The notes under the pieces were generated by a model. The model made no database searches. It was not told the origin of the DNA and saw nothing but the letters and a program-made list of their open reading frames with translations. The translations under genes were made by a program, and so were the position numbers. A DNA stretch of 64,000 nucleotides. Source: Macrostomum lignano (taxonomy: Eukaryota). The stretch is taken from the NCBI GenBank assembly GCA_002269645.1, contig NIVC01000921.1:62001-126000 (forward strand), in the 5' to 3' direction. Positions within the stretch are counted from its first letter, which is position 1. The number at the start of each line of letters is the position of its first letter. Positions 34,487-47,727 of the stretch are shown here, piece by piece.

Positions 34487-35170
34487 AAGAGGACCGGTTC
34501 ATTTGATAGGGTGTCATTTCATCCAAGAGAGAACCGGTTTATTTGATAGGGTGTCATTTCATCTAAGAGAGGACCGGTTTATTTGATAGAGCGCCATTTC
34601 ATCCAAGAGAGGACCGGTTTATTTGATAGAGCGCCATTCCATCCAAGAGAGAACCGGTTTATTTGATAGAGCGCCATTTCATCCAAGAGAGAACCGGTTC
34701 ATTTGATAGAGCGCCATTCCATCCAAGAGAGAACCGGTTTATTTGATAGAGCGCCATTTCATCCAAGAGAGAACCGGTTCATTTGATAGAGCGCCATTCC
34801 ATCCAAGAGAGAACCGGTTTATTTGATAGAGCGCCATTTCATCCAAGAGAGAACCGGTTCATTTGATAGAGCGCCATTTCATCCAAGAGAGGACCGGTTC
34901 ATTTGATAGAGCGCCATTTCATCCAAGAGAGAACCGGTTCATTTGATAGAGCGCCATTTCATCCAAGAGAGGACCGGTTCATTTGATAGAGCGCCATTTC
35001 ATCCAAGAGAGAACCGGTTCATTTGATAGAGCGCCATTTCATCCAAGAGAGAACCGGTTCATTTGATAGAGCGCCATTTCATCCAAGAGAGGACCGGTTC
35101 ATTTGATAGAGCGCCATTTCATCCAAGAGAGAACCGGTTCATTTGATAGAGCGCCATTTCATCCAAGAGA
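34487..35170. repeat. 40-bp minisatellite, about 17 copies
   Basis: Unit gagaaccggttcatttgatagagcgccatttcatccaaga. Confidence 0.96.
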
Positions 35171-35685
35171 TTTTATTTAAGCGGGCATCATCCATTTTGA
35201 GGGAGACATCAGCGCCGATAGACGCCATAGCCACTGGAATCAGCTCCATATGTACTTTTGCCAGCCCAGGGACCCCATTGGTCCCTGGCAGCATGTCTGA
35301 CAAACGATACTTACGAGCGTTCATGCTCATGCACTTGTTTATTAGTATGACTACTTTATCGTTTTGTACGTTTTCAGTGCGCTTCATCTAATAAAATCTC
35401 TAAAACCCTCTCGCTAGTAGGTTTGGCCATTAAATTTTTGTACGTGAAAAATGTTGCCAAATAAATTTTCTAAATAAGTTTCCGGATGCTTTTTAGAAGG
35501 TGCTGGTTTTCGCTTATGCAAATAATGTACATATGGTTTGATAAAAGATAAGGCAGTCACAGATGCGTGTTTAGCTTAACAAGAGATTTTTGACAGACAC
35601 ACCGCTTTTATTGCTGGTGTGCATGATTTAGTTTTCAAGTTTGTTATATACTCTGTTCCAAAAGTTAAGCCAAACCGAATTGGCC

Positions 35686-37047
35686 ATGGCTGCAACTGCA
35701 GAAGAAGCCGACCCAATCTACGGAGGTGTTCGCAACGAAAATCACCTGCAGAACTCAGGCCAGTCAGATCAGCAGCAAGCGTCATCGTTTAGATGGCGCC
35801 CTCTGTTGTCCCTGCTGGCCATGTTCTCAGTGGAGCGGTGCACGTACTACAACTACATGGCAACGGTGATCAACGCTGGCAACTGCAGCCTGCCGTACTG
35901 CGGCGCTTTGCAAGGCGACGTCCCCAACGATCCATGGTGGACTGCCTTGAACCTGCAGCTGCCGCAGTGCCTGTCATTCCTGCTGCCAGTGCTTGGTGGC
36001 GTCATTGCCGATCGGTTTTTCGGTTGCGCCAAGACGCTGGCCTTCGGCTGTTTGGTTTACCACATCGGAGCCTGGCTGCTCGTGGGCCTTGTGCACTGGC
36101 CTGCTCTGTGCAGCTTGGGCCTCGCCTACACCTGCAAGGTTGTTCTGGTAGTCGCTTCGGGAATTCTCAGGCCCTGCCTGTTTGTGCTCACCATCGAATC
36201 CGGTCTACAGGCATTCTCTGTAGGCCACGTATGCCAGTTGTACTACCTGTGGGAGGCGGTTGGCCAGGTGATTGGCTACCTGCTGGATTTTGTATCGGAC
36301 AAGTTGAATTATCCGCTTGGTGTTGCATGCGTGCCAACTACAGCCGTGCTGCTGCTGCTGCTGGCCTTTGGCGGCGCGACTGACCAGCCCAGCAGGAATC
36401 GGAGCGACTTCGAGCTGCCAGGCTGGAGCAGAGCGAGGCGCCTAATGATTATTTCTGTGCCCCTGATACTGCTGTCCTCAAGTGTGCTGCTCGGTTATTT
36501 TACTCTAAGCGTGTCTGAATTGGCTAAAATTGTTCAAAAATTGAGCTCTGAGCAGTTCAGACTGAGTCGCGATTTCCTGCTGCTCTGCTACTCTGTTTGT
36601 CTGGTAGCGGCGGTGCTAATTCTGATCCTGGCAACTCGTGTGTTCAGTGCTGTGCGAACCCAACCCGACATCCGCATTGTCATTGGAATCGCCGCCACCG
36701 CGTTCGGTCACCTGGTGACGCCATCAACTAAACTGCTGGGGCAGACAAGTCTTATCTGGGTTGCATCCGTTGCTGTGAATTTTTTCCACGCAATCGGCGA
36801 AGCGTTTGCAATCCCCACGGCCAATGAGGTGGCTTACCGGTCTGGATTCGCTTCATCGCGGACTGTTTTAGTCGGCATATTCATGGGAATCTGGGGCTCC
36901 GGCTACGTGTTTGGCACCATCGCTGAGCTGCTACATGTGCGCGCCGAGTATTTGCACCTGGCGTTCGGCTTTCTTCTTCTAATTGCCTTCTTTCATTTTG
37001 CCCAATTCGGGGTGCCAGCGCTGCTCTGGCTGTTGAACGGCAGGTAA
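35686..37047 (+). CDS. MFS transporter, POT/PTR (SLC15-like) family, diverged, 453 aa, intronless
   Basis: gccATGg at 35686 and many hydrophobic segments. FSVERCTYY resembles ExxERFxYY, LLPVLGGVIADRFFG is PTR2-like, and ASGILRP sits at the GTGGIKP position. Confidence 0.75.
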   Translation: MAATAEEADPIYGGVRNENHLQNSGQSDQQQASSFRWRPLLSLLAMFSVERCTYYNYMATVINAGNCSLPYCGALQGDVPNDPWWTALNLQLPQCLSFLLPVLGGVIADRFFGCAKTLAFGCLVYHIGAWLLVGLVHWPALCSLGLAYTCKVVLVVASGILRPCLFVLTIESGLQAFSVGHVCQLYYLWEAVGQVIGYLLDFVSDKLNYPLGVACVPTTAVLLLLLAFGGATDQPSRNRSDFELPGWSRARRLMIISVPLILLSSSVLLGYFTLSVSELAKIVQKLSSEQFRLSRDFLLLCYSVCLVAAVLILILATRVFSAVRTQPDIRIVIGIAATAFGHLVTPSTKLLGQTSLIWVASVAVNFFHAIGEAFAIPTANEVAYRSGFASSRTVLVGIFMGIWGSGYVFGTIAELLHVRAEYLHLAFGFLLLIAFFHFAQFGVPALLWLLNGR

Positions 37048-37884
37048 GCAGTGAGAGCTATAGAACTGCATGTATAGTACATTTACTTGTAGTTTTTCCA
37101 TAGTTTTAATTTGGATTAAAAAAGAATCATCAACGTACTGCGTTCAACGTATTAGCTAATTGAATTTTAATTCTAAGCACACTTAATTTTCCCGGGACAT
37201 CCTGTGCGCAAATAAAAGTTTTTTGTTACTGAACATGCATGTACGAAGAACAACCGGCAAAATTTTATTCATTTCTCGTGTTAGAATTATGCAACTTCCT
37301 CTTTTCTCACTTGCTAACTAAGAATTTTATTTGTCGACAAATTTTGCTGTAAGATTAGGAATATATACATTATATTCACAATTGAGTATGAATTGCATGC
37401 ATAATCATGTTTTATTTCTTACATTTAATTGCCCAAGCATGTACGTACATGTACAAAGGATTCATTTATGCATGTACTCTGCGAACAATTCTAAAATAAA
37501 TTTTGTGTTTTTTATTTTTTCAACCATTTTATGTATTTTGCTCGATCTACATATACATGTATGAACTATAATTTTGTATACTATAAATGCACTAAAAGAT
37601 GCGAACGTAACGTCTTATTATACTTGCACTATATAGTCGTCCATTTTTTATGATATACATATGTACATGGATATAGTGATCAAAAGAACTTCGATGAATG
37701 TAAACTAGAACTTAATGTAATCATTAAAAAGTACTCGTACGTAAGATGGTACGTAATCATTGAATAGATCAGAACAGACATCCAATCAAGTCCAAGCAGA
37801 TAAATGTCTTGTACATTCACATAAATTGCAATATTTCTTCAACAATCTTATTTATATTTGTTCAGCGCTTTCCGTACAGCAATC

Positions 37885-38060
37885 TGACGTCGGTGACAAA
37901 TCGACCTACATTTCCGACGTCTATCGACGTCGCTGACAAATATGTACGTTTCCATTACATCAACGGATAACGAAATCATACATTGGCTGAGCCTCTGTGT
38001 TGTAATAAGTTCATATTTTTCAGCGATGTCGATAGAGGTGGAAAATATCGACCGACGTCG
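37885..38060. mobile_element. CpG-rich fold-back (MITE-like) element
   Basis: 37911-37943 tttccgacgtctatcgacgtcgctgacaaatat is an imperfect reverse complement of 38013-38044; the outer gacgtcggt match is also inverted. Confidence 0.55.
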
Positions 38061-39663
38061 CCGACTTTGAATTGATTTACAGCTAGGTTTGAAAAAATAT
38101 CTAAATCGAGCTATGTAACTTTTATCAATAGGAAGAGTACGACGAATATCTTTTCAATCGTATTGCACTGTCGAACAATTGTTTTAACTTCTGTGGACAA
38201 AAGTCGACGGGGTCGTGAATTGTAAGAAACAAACTTTTGTGCTTCTTCCGAGCTTTTTTCTTATAAATTATTTAAACAATAGTGTAAAAATCAACTGAAC
38301 TTTTTGTACTTTAAAACCTTTGTATTGACAAAAATTATGACTTTAAACTATTTTGTGATAAATCTTACCTTCAAGTAATATGTTTCGGTCCTGTGTTATC
38401 GAAGAATCAATTATTCGATTTCCTCTTGAAGGTGTTATTTCTTCATGTTTATTACTATATACTACTGTACTGCTACTGCAGTTATTAATATGATTCATTA
38501 TAATATAGGATCATTAAGATCTGTTTTTTCATTCGATGTAGAGTAAGGCTTCAGCTTCATTGGTGACTTGTATGAGATATTTATTTTTAGCATACTTGGC
38601 ATTAGTTATTGATAGTGATTGAATATTGTAGTTCTTACAGAATGAATACTAGTTTATTGCTTTTGTTTATTGCTATTTCTTAGCTTTTAACAGTTGAATT
38701 TGTTGTTGATTTTTCAATAAATGTTACATATGTAACTATATTTAATACATTTTAATCTGATTGTGTTCGAAAGTTAGGCATCTTTACTTTAAAAGTTTAA
38801 GTAATTAATTTAGTCAATATTTTCAAATTTTCAATATGGCAATAGGCCTAAACTATACAATAGTCAGAATACATTTGTCTGTATTCGAAAACTTTTTCAC
38901 TGTTTGTGCCAAGAGGTAGCTCACTTAGTCAAGTTTTATGGTCTTGCATTATTTTATTCCCATTTTGATTAACTTTTCTAAATTATTATTGAATTACCAA
39001 TATTTAGATTAAATTAATCTCTACATATAAAAATCAAAACTCTTCTAATATAAAATGATGCTTTCTGCTATGTTTCAATTTTTTAACTTTATACTAAATC
39101 TTACAGCAAATATTATATATATATATATATACCTTATTTTTATTTAATAAGAATATTTCATTTTTCTTATAAGTTATATTTAAAAACATATATATATATA
39201 TTATATCATTATATAAAATTGTTATACTTAATAACACTTTTGAAATAGGGCAATAAAAGTTTAAGTTTAAAGGTATATATATATTTTTATATATAAAATA
39301 TGAATTATATTATATTATTTTAAATGCTAAACTTTAGTCTATTCTAGGTATAGTAATCATAAGCCTTAGTTTAATTCTAAATATAGCCATAATAATCTTG
39401 AGGCTTTTTTATCATGATTTTTATTATATAAGGCAATTTATTTCAATGTATCCTTATTTTTTATAGCCTAAGTATGTAATTGTCAATTGATACATTTTAT
39501 CTTTGTTATATATTTAAATGTATACAAGGTAGTATGATGATATTTGTCACCAAGAAAGCTATATTATTCATTGATACAAAATTTATTTTTTTACTTTATT
39601 TTAGAATCTATTCTATTTTATTTTTTATGTCAATAGATCTGAAATATATATTTATAATATAAA

Positions 39664-42600
39664 ATGCCATCATTATTGAAAAAGTTGCACCTGCCAACCA
39701 AAAAGAAAGAAGAATCTATTGGAGAGTTCCAGTGCATAGTTAGCCTTCTGCATGAGGACAAGCCTTTAGAGTTCAAGTTTCATGTAAGTGGTTTTCTTTG
39801 ATAAACATTAAAATCAAGTATATTTATTCTATTATACTCTGTGCATTATAGTAAAAGTTGAATTTTACTCAATAAATTGCTTGTACTGTACTAAAAATGA
39901 ACCAAATACTTATCATAAGAAGAAATGATAAAATATATATCAATAATTTCAACCAGGTGGACACTTTGGGCGAGGGTATTTTCGAAAAGGTGTGCGAAGT
40001 AATTGGCAACCTGCAAGAGAAGGACTATTTTGGCTTGAGGTATCGCAGCGATGACCAGCAGCGGGTGAGTTTGCTTTATCTCTGTTTCACTCTTCCCAGA
40101 TCCTCAGTTTCTAGGCCAGCCTCCCAGATCCTCAGTTTCTAGGCCAGCCTCCCAGATCCTCAGTTGCTGGGCCAGCCTCCCAGATCCTCAGTTTCTAGGC
40201 CAGCCTCCCAGATCCTCAGTTGCTGGGCCAGCCTCCCAGATCCTCAGTTTCTAGGCCAGCCTCCCAGATCCTCAGTTTCTAGGCCAGCCTCCCAGATCCT
40301 CAGTTTCTAGGCCAGCCTCCCAGATCCTCAGTTGCGGGGCCAGCCTCCCAGATCCTCAGTTGCTGGGCCAGCCTCCTAGATCCTCAGTTGCTGGACCAGC
40401 CTCCCAGATCTTCAGTTGCTGGGCCAGCCTCCCAGATCCTCAGTTTCTAGGCCAGCCTCCCAGATCCTCAGTTGCTGGGCCAGCCTCCCAGATCCTCAGT
40501 TTCTAGGCCAGCCTCCCAGATCCTCAGTTTCTAGGCCAGCCTCCCAGATCCTCAGTTTCTAGGCCAGCCTCCCAGATCCTCAGTTGCGGGGCCAGCCTCC
40601 CAGATCCTCAGTTGCTGGGCCAGCCTCCTAGATCCTCAGTTGCTGGACCAGCCTCCCAGATCTTCAGTTGCTGGGCCAGCCTCCCAGATCCTCAGTTTCG
40701 AGGCCAGCCTCCCAGATCCTCAGTTTCTAGGCCAGCCTCCCAGATCCTCAGTTGCTGGGCCAGCCTCTCAGATCCTCAGTTTCTAGGCCAGCCTCCTAGA
40801 TCCTCAGTTGCTGGGCAGCCCTATAAAACATATAAAGCTAACTTACAAATTGTCTTGCAGCGATGGCTGGAGAACGGACTTCCTGCCTACAAGCAGCTCA
40901 AGCGTAAGCAATAAAACCTTTTAGCTAGCCATTTAGCGCCTAAGCGAATGGTTTGGACTAAGCTGCTAGTGTCCCTTCTATCGTCTTGCAGACCTGTCCC
41001 CTATCGTGGTCACGTTTCGCGTGAAGCACTATCCGCCGCACCCTACCGACAATTTGAAGCAAGAGCTGTCCAAGTGAGTGCACTCAATATATATATCACT
41101 TTCTATTAGTTATTAGTACATGTTGTACTAATTTTTGCCTTGTATTTTGCCAGGTACCTGCTATTCTGCCAGCTAAAGCGCGACTTGCTTCACGGCCGCC
41201 TGTACAGTGTCTCCTCTAATGACGTCATCTTTCTGGCTGCCTGCATAGTTCAGGGTGAGTTTTGAGTTTGAGCATACCGAAGTACTGACGCATAGTCTCT
41301 GGTGTAAAGTTTCTGTGTTTGAGGACAATCTGTTCGGAATAATGTATTGATTGACATTTTGTATTTGAGCAGTTGGGAATGCTATAGCTGACACTGTGTA
41401 TTTGAGCAGTTGAGAATGCTATAGCTGACATTGTGTATTTGAGCAGTTGGGAATGCTATAGCTTACATTGTGTATTTGAGCAGTTGGGAATGCTATAGCT
41501 TACATTGTGTATTTGAGCAGTTGGGAATGCTATAGCTTACATTGTGTATTTGAGCAGTTGGGAATACTATAGCTGACATTGTGTATTTGAGCAGTTGGGA
41601 ATGCTATAGCTTACATTGTGTATGTGTATTTGAGCAGTTGGGAATGCTATAGCTTACATTGTGTATTTGAGCAGTTGGGAATACTATAGCTGACACTGTG
41701 TATTTGAGCAGTTGGGAATACTATAGCTGACACTGTGTATTTGAGCAGTTGGGAATACTATAGCTGACATTGTGTATTTGAGCAGTTGGGAATACTATAG
41801 CTGACATTGTGTATTTGAGCAGTTGGGAATGCTATAGCTTACATTGTGTATTTGAGCAGTTGGGAATACTATAGCTGACATTGTATATTTGAGCAGTTGG
41901 GAATACTATAGCTGACATTGTGTATTTGAGCAGTTGGGAATGCTATAGCTGACATTGTGTATTTGAGCAGTTGGGAATCCTAAACTATAAAACGTGGCGC
42001 TTAACAGATTCTAAACTATAAAACGTGGCGCTAAACAGATTCTAAACTATAAAACACGATAGCTAACATTGTGTATTTGAGCAGTTGGAAATACTATAGC
42101 TGACATTGTGTATTTGAGCAGTTGGGAATGCTATAGCTGACATTGTGTATTTGAGCAGTTGGGAATACTATAGCTGACATTGTATATTTGAGCAGTTGGG
42201 AATACTATAGCTGACATTGTGTATTTGAGCAGTTGGGAATGCTATAGCTGACATTGTGTATTTGAGCAGTTGGGAATGCTATAGCTGACATTGTGTATTT
42301 GAGCAGTTGGGAATACTATAGCTGACATTGTATATTTGAGCAGTTGGGAATACTATAGCTGACATTGTGTATTTGAGCAGTTGAGAATGCTATAGCTTAC
42401 ATTGTGTATTTGAGCAGTTGGGAATACTATAGCTGACATTGTGTATTTGAGCAGTTGGGAATACTATAGCTGACACTGTGTATTTGAGCAGTTGGGAATG
42501 CTATAGCTTACATTGTGTATTTGAGCAGTTGGGAAATACTATAGCTGACACTGTGTATTTGAGCAGTTGGGAATACTATAGCTGACATTGTGTATTTGAG

Positions 42601-45600
42601 CAGTTGGGAATGCTATAGCTGACACTGTATTTGAGCAGTTGGGAATGCTATAGCTTACATTGTGTATTTGAGCAGTTGGGAAATACTATAGCTGACACTG
42701 TGTATTTGAGCAGTTGGGAATACTATAGCTGACATTGTGTATTTGAGCAGTTGGGAATGCTATAGCTGACACTGTGTATTTGAGCAGTTGGGAATACTAT
42801 AGCTGACATTGTGTATTTGAGCAGTTGGGAATGCTATAGCTGACACTGTGTATTTGAGCAGTTGGGAATGCTATAGCTGACACTGTGTATTTGAGCAGTT
42901 GGGAATACTATAGCTGACATTGTGTATTTGAGCAGTTGGGAATGCTATAGCTGACACTGTGTATTTGAGCAGTTGGGAATACTAGCTTACTGTCATTTAT
43001 TATTAAAAGATATCCTGAAGTTCACCTCGCATTACTTACTTATTTATTGCAGCCGAGTTTGGCGACTTTGATGAAATTGAGGACTACGAGGAGAACGCCT
43101 ACCTGTCCGGAGTCACTCTCATTCACAACCAGACGCCTAAAATTGAGACTCGAATCTATGAGGAGCACAGGAACTTGAAGTGAGCCGTGTTTTGAGGTGT
43201 CAGCAATTGCTGCTACAGTTGGCGAATCTCCACCCTGAGACTGAGCCAGTGTCTGAAATCTCCCCCACGAGATTCTCCCCCTGAGACTGAGCCAGTGTCT
43301 GAAGTCTCCCCCTGAGACTGAGCCAGTGTCTGAAATCTCCCCCCCTGACCCCCTGAGACTGCGCGATTGTGTGAAATCTCCCCCTGAAACTGAGCCAGTG
43401 TCTGAAATCTCCCCCCTGAGACTTTGCCTGTGTCTGAAATCTCCCCCTGAAACTGAGCCAGTGTCTGAAATCTCCCCCTGAAACTGAGCCAGTGTCTGAA
43501 ATCTCCCCCTGAAACTGAGCCAGTGTCTGAAATCTCCCCCTGAAACTGAGCCAGTGTCTGAAATCTCCCCCCTGAGACTTTGCCTGTGTCTGAAATCTCT
43601 CCCTGAAACTGAGCCAGTGTCTGAAATCTCCCCCTGAAACTGAGCCAGTGTCTGAAATCTCCCCCTGAAACTGAGCCAGTGTCTGAAATCTCCCCCTGAA
43701 ACTGAGCCAGTGTCTGAAATCTCCCCCTGAAACTGAGCCAGTGTCTGAAATCTCCCCCCTGAGACTTTGCCTGTGTCTAAAATCTCCACCCTGAAACTGA
43801 GCCAGTGTCTAAAATCTCCCCCTGAGACTTTGCCTGTGTCTGAAATCTCTCCCTGAAACTGAGCCAGTGTCTGAGATCTCCCCCCTGAGACTTTGCCTGT
43901 GTCTTAAATCTCCCCCTGAAACTGAGCCAGTGTCTGAGATCTCCCCCCTGAGACTTTGCCTGTGTCTTAAATCTCCCCCTGAAACTGAGCCAGTGTCTGA
44001 AATCTCCCCTACTGAGGCGCATGCAGAGTCGGAGACACTTGAACTAAGGTCACCCCTGCCCGTTCCTATCCGCAGAGGCAAGAGTGTGCAGGAGGTTGAG
44101 GCCATGTTTCTAAGCAAGGCGTTCTCCTTGGACACGTATGGCATCGATCCGAAACCCGTCAGGGTAAGCCAGATAATTTATTAACTTTTAAGAGCTTTAT
44201 TCCTGCTTTTTTATGTACAGAGAAGGGGTATTGAATTATCGAATGAATATTGATAACAGAGAATAAAGTTGAGTCACGCTATTTACATTCATTTAATGCC
44301 TTAGTTTGGTTTGACTTTGACACTCTGTTTGCGTATTGATAAGGAATTGAGGAAGGGTCAACTAAGGTTGTCTGTGTTTTTGCAACTTTTATCAGAATTA
44401 CAGGTTTTTTATTGCGGCAGTTAGTTTTTACGATTAGTTAAAATATTATGTGCATACATGGGTCATTGTCGTTTAATTCCAAATGGAAATAAAAAAAACC
44501 GCTAATTTTGGCTCTGCTGCTTTTTCATTGTCAGGATCGCAATGGAAACACTCTGCATTTGGGCCTGGCGCACAATGCCATTGTGACATTTCACGGTAGC
44601 AGGCTCACCCACTCATTTCCCTGGTAAGATATCGATGTCATCTGTGTTTTCCATATGCTGAAAATCCTGTTAGTTTGATTGATAGATTGATGCCTGTTAG
44701 TTTGATTGATTGACTAAGATTCAGTTAGTTTATTTGATTGATGCCTGCGTTAGTTTTATTGATCGATCAATTGAGAATTTAGTTTGATTGCTTGATGCCT
44801 CTTAGTTTGATTTATTGATTGCTAATTTTTTGTTTGATTGATTGATTGACGCTTCTGTTAGTTTGATTGATTGATTGCTACTTTTGTTAGTTTGATTGAT
44901 TGCTTGGTGCCTCTTTGATTGATTGATTGATTGCTACTTTTGTTAGTTTGATTGATTGCTACTTTTGTTAGTTTGATTGATTGATTGATTGATACCTAAG
45001 TTAGTTTGATCAATAGATCAATTGATTTGTCGGTTAGTAATTCTTGTTGATTGATTGATCAGTTGATATGTCTGTTTGTTTGTTTGATTGAGAGATTTGT
45101 TAAAATGATTGATAGGGAAATGTAGAAATGTTGAAATCAGTTGGTTAATAATGCCAATGGCAATTCTTTGCATTATTTAGGGAGAACGTGAACAGCATCC
45201 AGTTCAACGATAAAATGCTGCTGCTGGATGTTAACCTGAGCCGAGAGGTAAGCCTTTGTCAGTAAGCTTATTAGTCTATCTGGCAGTGTATAATAATTAT
45301 AGATCTGTAGATATTTGCTTCCGCCGTACCAGCTATCTGTCTGTTAACAATTAATTAGTTTATTAATAGTGTTTACATAAACGTATTTAAAATATTAGTT
45401 ACCGTAGTTAACAAGACATTCAATTTACGAGCCTTCTTGTTTGTAACCTGCTAACGTTTTGAGAAATTAAAATACATTAACTATATTGGCAATGTTAGCA
45501 AATAATCAATAGTACAAATAATGATAATAATTAACCAACACTGTGTATTGCACTTTTTAACCTGACCAGGAATTGACCAACTCCACTGATTTCAAATACA

Positions 45601-47567
45601 AGGTAAAAAACAGCTGTTTTATTGTCATTTAATTATCCTACTAAATTGATATTTAAAGCCGTATAAAATAACTATAACTTATAGTATAAGGGCACGCTTA
45701 GAACGCCAGATGAGCTCATGTTTTTATTCAGTAGTTTCAAAATCCACTAATTTATATGATTGTGCGAGTATATCCACATCTTCTATAAGGAAGGGTCTCG
45801 ACCATAAGGCTTATTGTTATTCTAACATTGACGTTTTTGCCTGGCGCACCTACAAATGTGCCTGTTAATTGCTACAGACCCATTGACGCCCGCTAATTGA
45901 GCGGCAGAGAAAGCACGCACGAAAAGTTGTTGATGACTCTCTATGGCCAAAACTCGTATTATTAACCCCATGAAAGCGGCCCACAGTTTATTTATAAAAA
46001 AACAAAAATCGTCCATGGTATAGATTGGGGGCTTCTCCCCCACACTCAACCCTCACTCTCAAAGTGTAGCTCATTAAAAATGTCTATGGTACAATGTCAT
46101 TGATACACAATAGTCTATGGCCCCACACCCAACCCTCACTCTCAAAGTGTAGCTCATTAAAAATGTCTATGGTACAATGTTATTGATACACAATAGTCTA
46201 TGGCCCCACACCCAACCCTCACTCTCAAAGTGTAGCTCATTAAAAATGTCTATGGTACAATGTCATTGATACACAATAGTCTATGGCCCCACACCCAACA
46301 CTCACTCTCAAAGTGTAGCTCATTAAAAATGTCTATGGTACAATGTCATTGATACACAATAGTCTATGGCCCCACACCCAACCCTCACTCTCAAAGTGTA
46401 GCTCATTAAAAATGTCTATGGTACAATGTCATTGATACACAATAGTCTATGGTCTCAAGCGTGGACTTTGCCCGCTACCCATCTTCTGATTATTTCATTA
46501 GCACACTTATAAAAGCTGTGATGAAGCTGTGTTGAGAAAAAAACGAAAAAAGACGCTAGTGAGGCAGTGAGCCTAGATTCGGCTCCAGATTTTTCTTATG
46601 CTAAGGACACCCTCTCGGGTTTTTTGCTATATAAATGGCTTTAAAGGCACGAACTATTATGCATGAATATTCATTCTCGGGTTCTCTCTCACTCTACCGC
46701 TTCATTTCTATATCTAGTCAGTGCAACGTCTATATACCTGTCTTTTACCGCTTTCTAGATAAGAAATATTAGTGCTCAATGGTTCAGAGTAGTTCAGAGT
46801 CGGCAGTAGGCCGCCCACCCACCGCTTTAGGCTGTCCATCTCTATGCTGCGGTTGCAGCTCACTGTCTGCTATCTCTACTATTGTTTCGTTTTTATAAGG
46901 GGTGGGGGCAGAGGGCGCTTCGGGCAGATTGTTTGGGTTCAAGAAGTCCCTCTTTAACTGTCTGTCTGCGTCTTGTCCTCCGATGCCCGTGTCGCTGTCC
47001 TCTCTGTCTCTCTATTCTCTCGACTGCTCAGCTGCAAGCTCTGCCTCTTTGATGCAGCCAGCAACTGGACTCAGCTACCTCATCTAGCTGAATACGACTT
47101 ATAGTTTTTTACTTCCTTTGATGGGTAAAGCATTGTCTATGTTTGCCTTGGTTGCTTGTTTTACGCTCAGTATTTTACCTGCCATTTTCTTTGACCACCT
47201 GTTGCGTGTCTGTCTGCTTAAGTCTGTATAGTATTATCTCTGTCTGTTTGGTTCAAAGTGCGGCTTAGAGTGTATGTACCTGTATTAGGGTATTAGGGTC
47301 TGTATTAGTGTCTATTAGGGTATTAGAGTCTGTATTAGTGTCTATATTAGTGTCTGTATTAGTATCTGTATTAGTGTCTATTAGTGTCTATTAGTGTCTG
47401 TATTAGTGTCTATTAGTGTCTGTATTAGGCTACTAGGGTCTGTATTAGTGTCTGTATTAGGGTATTAGGGTCTGTATTAGTGTCTGTGTGTCTGTCTGTG
47501 TGTGTGTGCCTGTCTGTCTGTCTGTCTGTCTGTGTCTGTCTGTCTGTCTGTGTCTGTCTGTCTTTCT

Positions 47568-47601
<34 letters not shown>

Positions 47602-47666
47602 CTGTCTGTCTGTGTGTCTGTCTGTCTGTCTGTCTGTGTCTGTCTGTCTGTCTGTCTGTCTGTCTT

Positions 47667-47727
<61 letters not shown>

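Noticed and set aside
35139-35387. Minus-strand 82-aa ORF with an internal gtaagt donor at 35314
   Set aside because: No recognisable domain, and I could not link it to convincing downstream exons.
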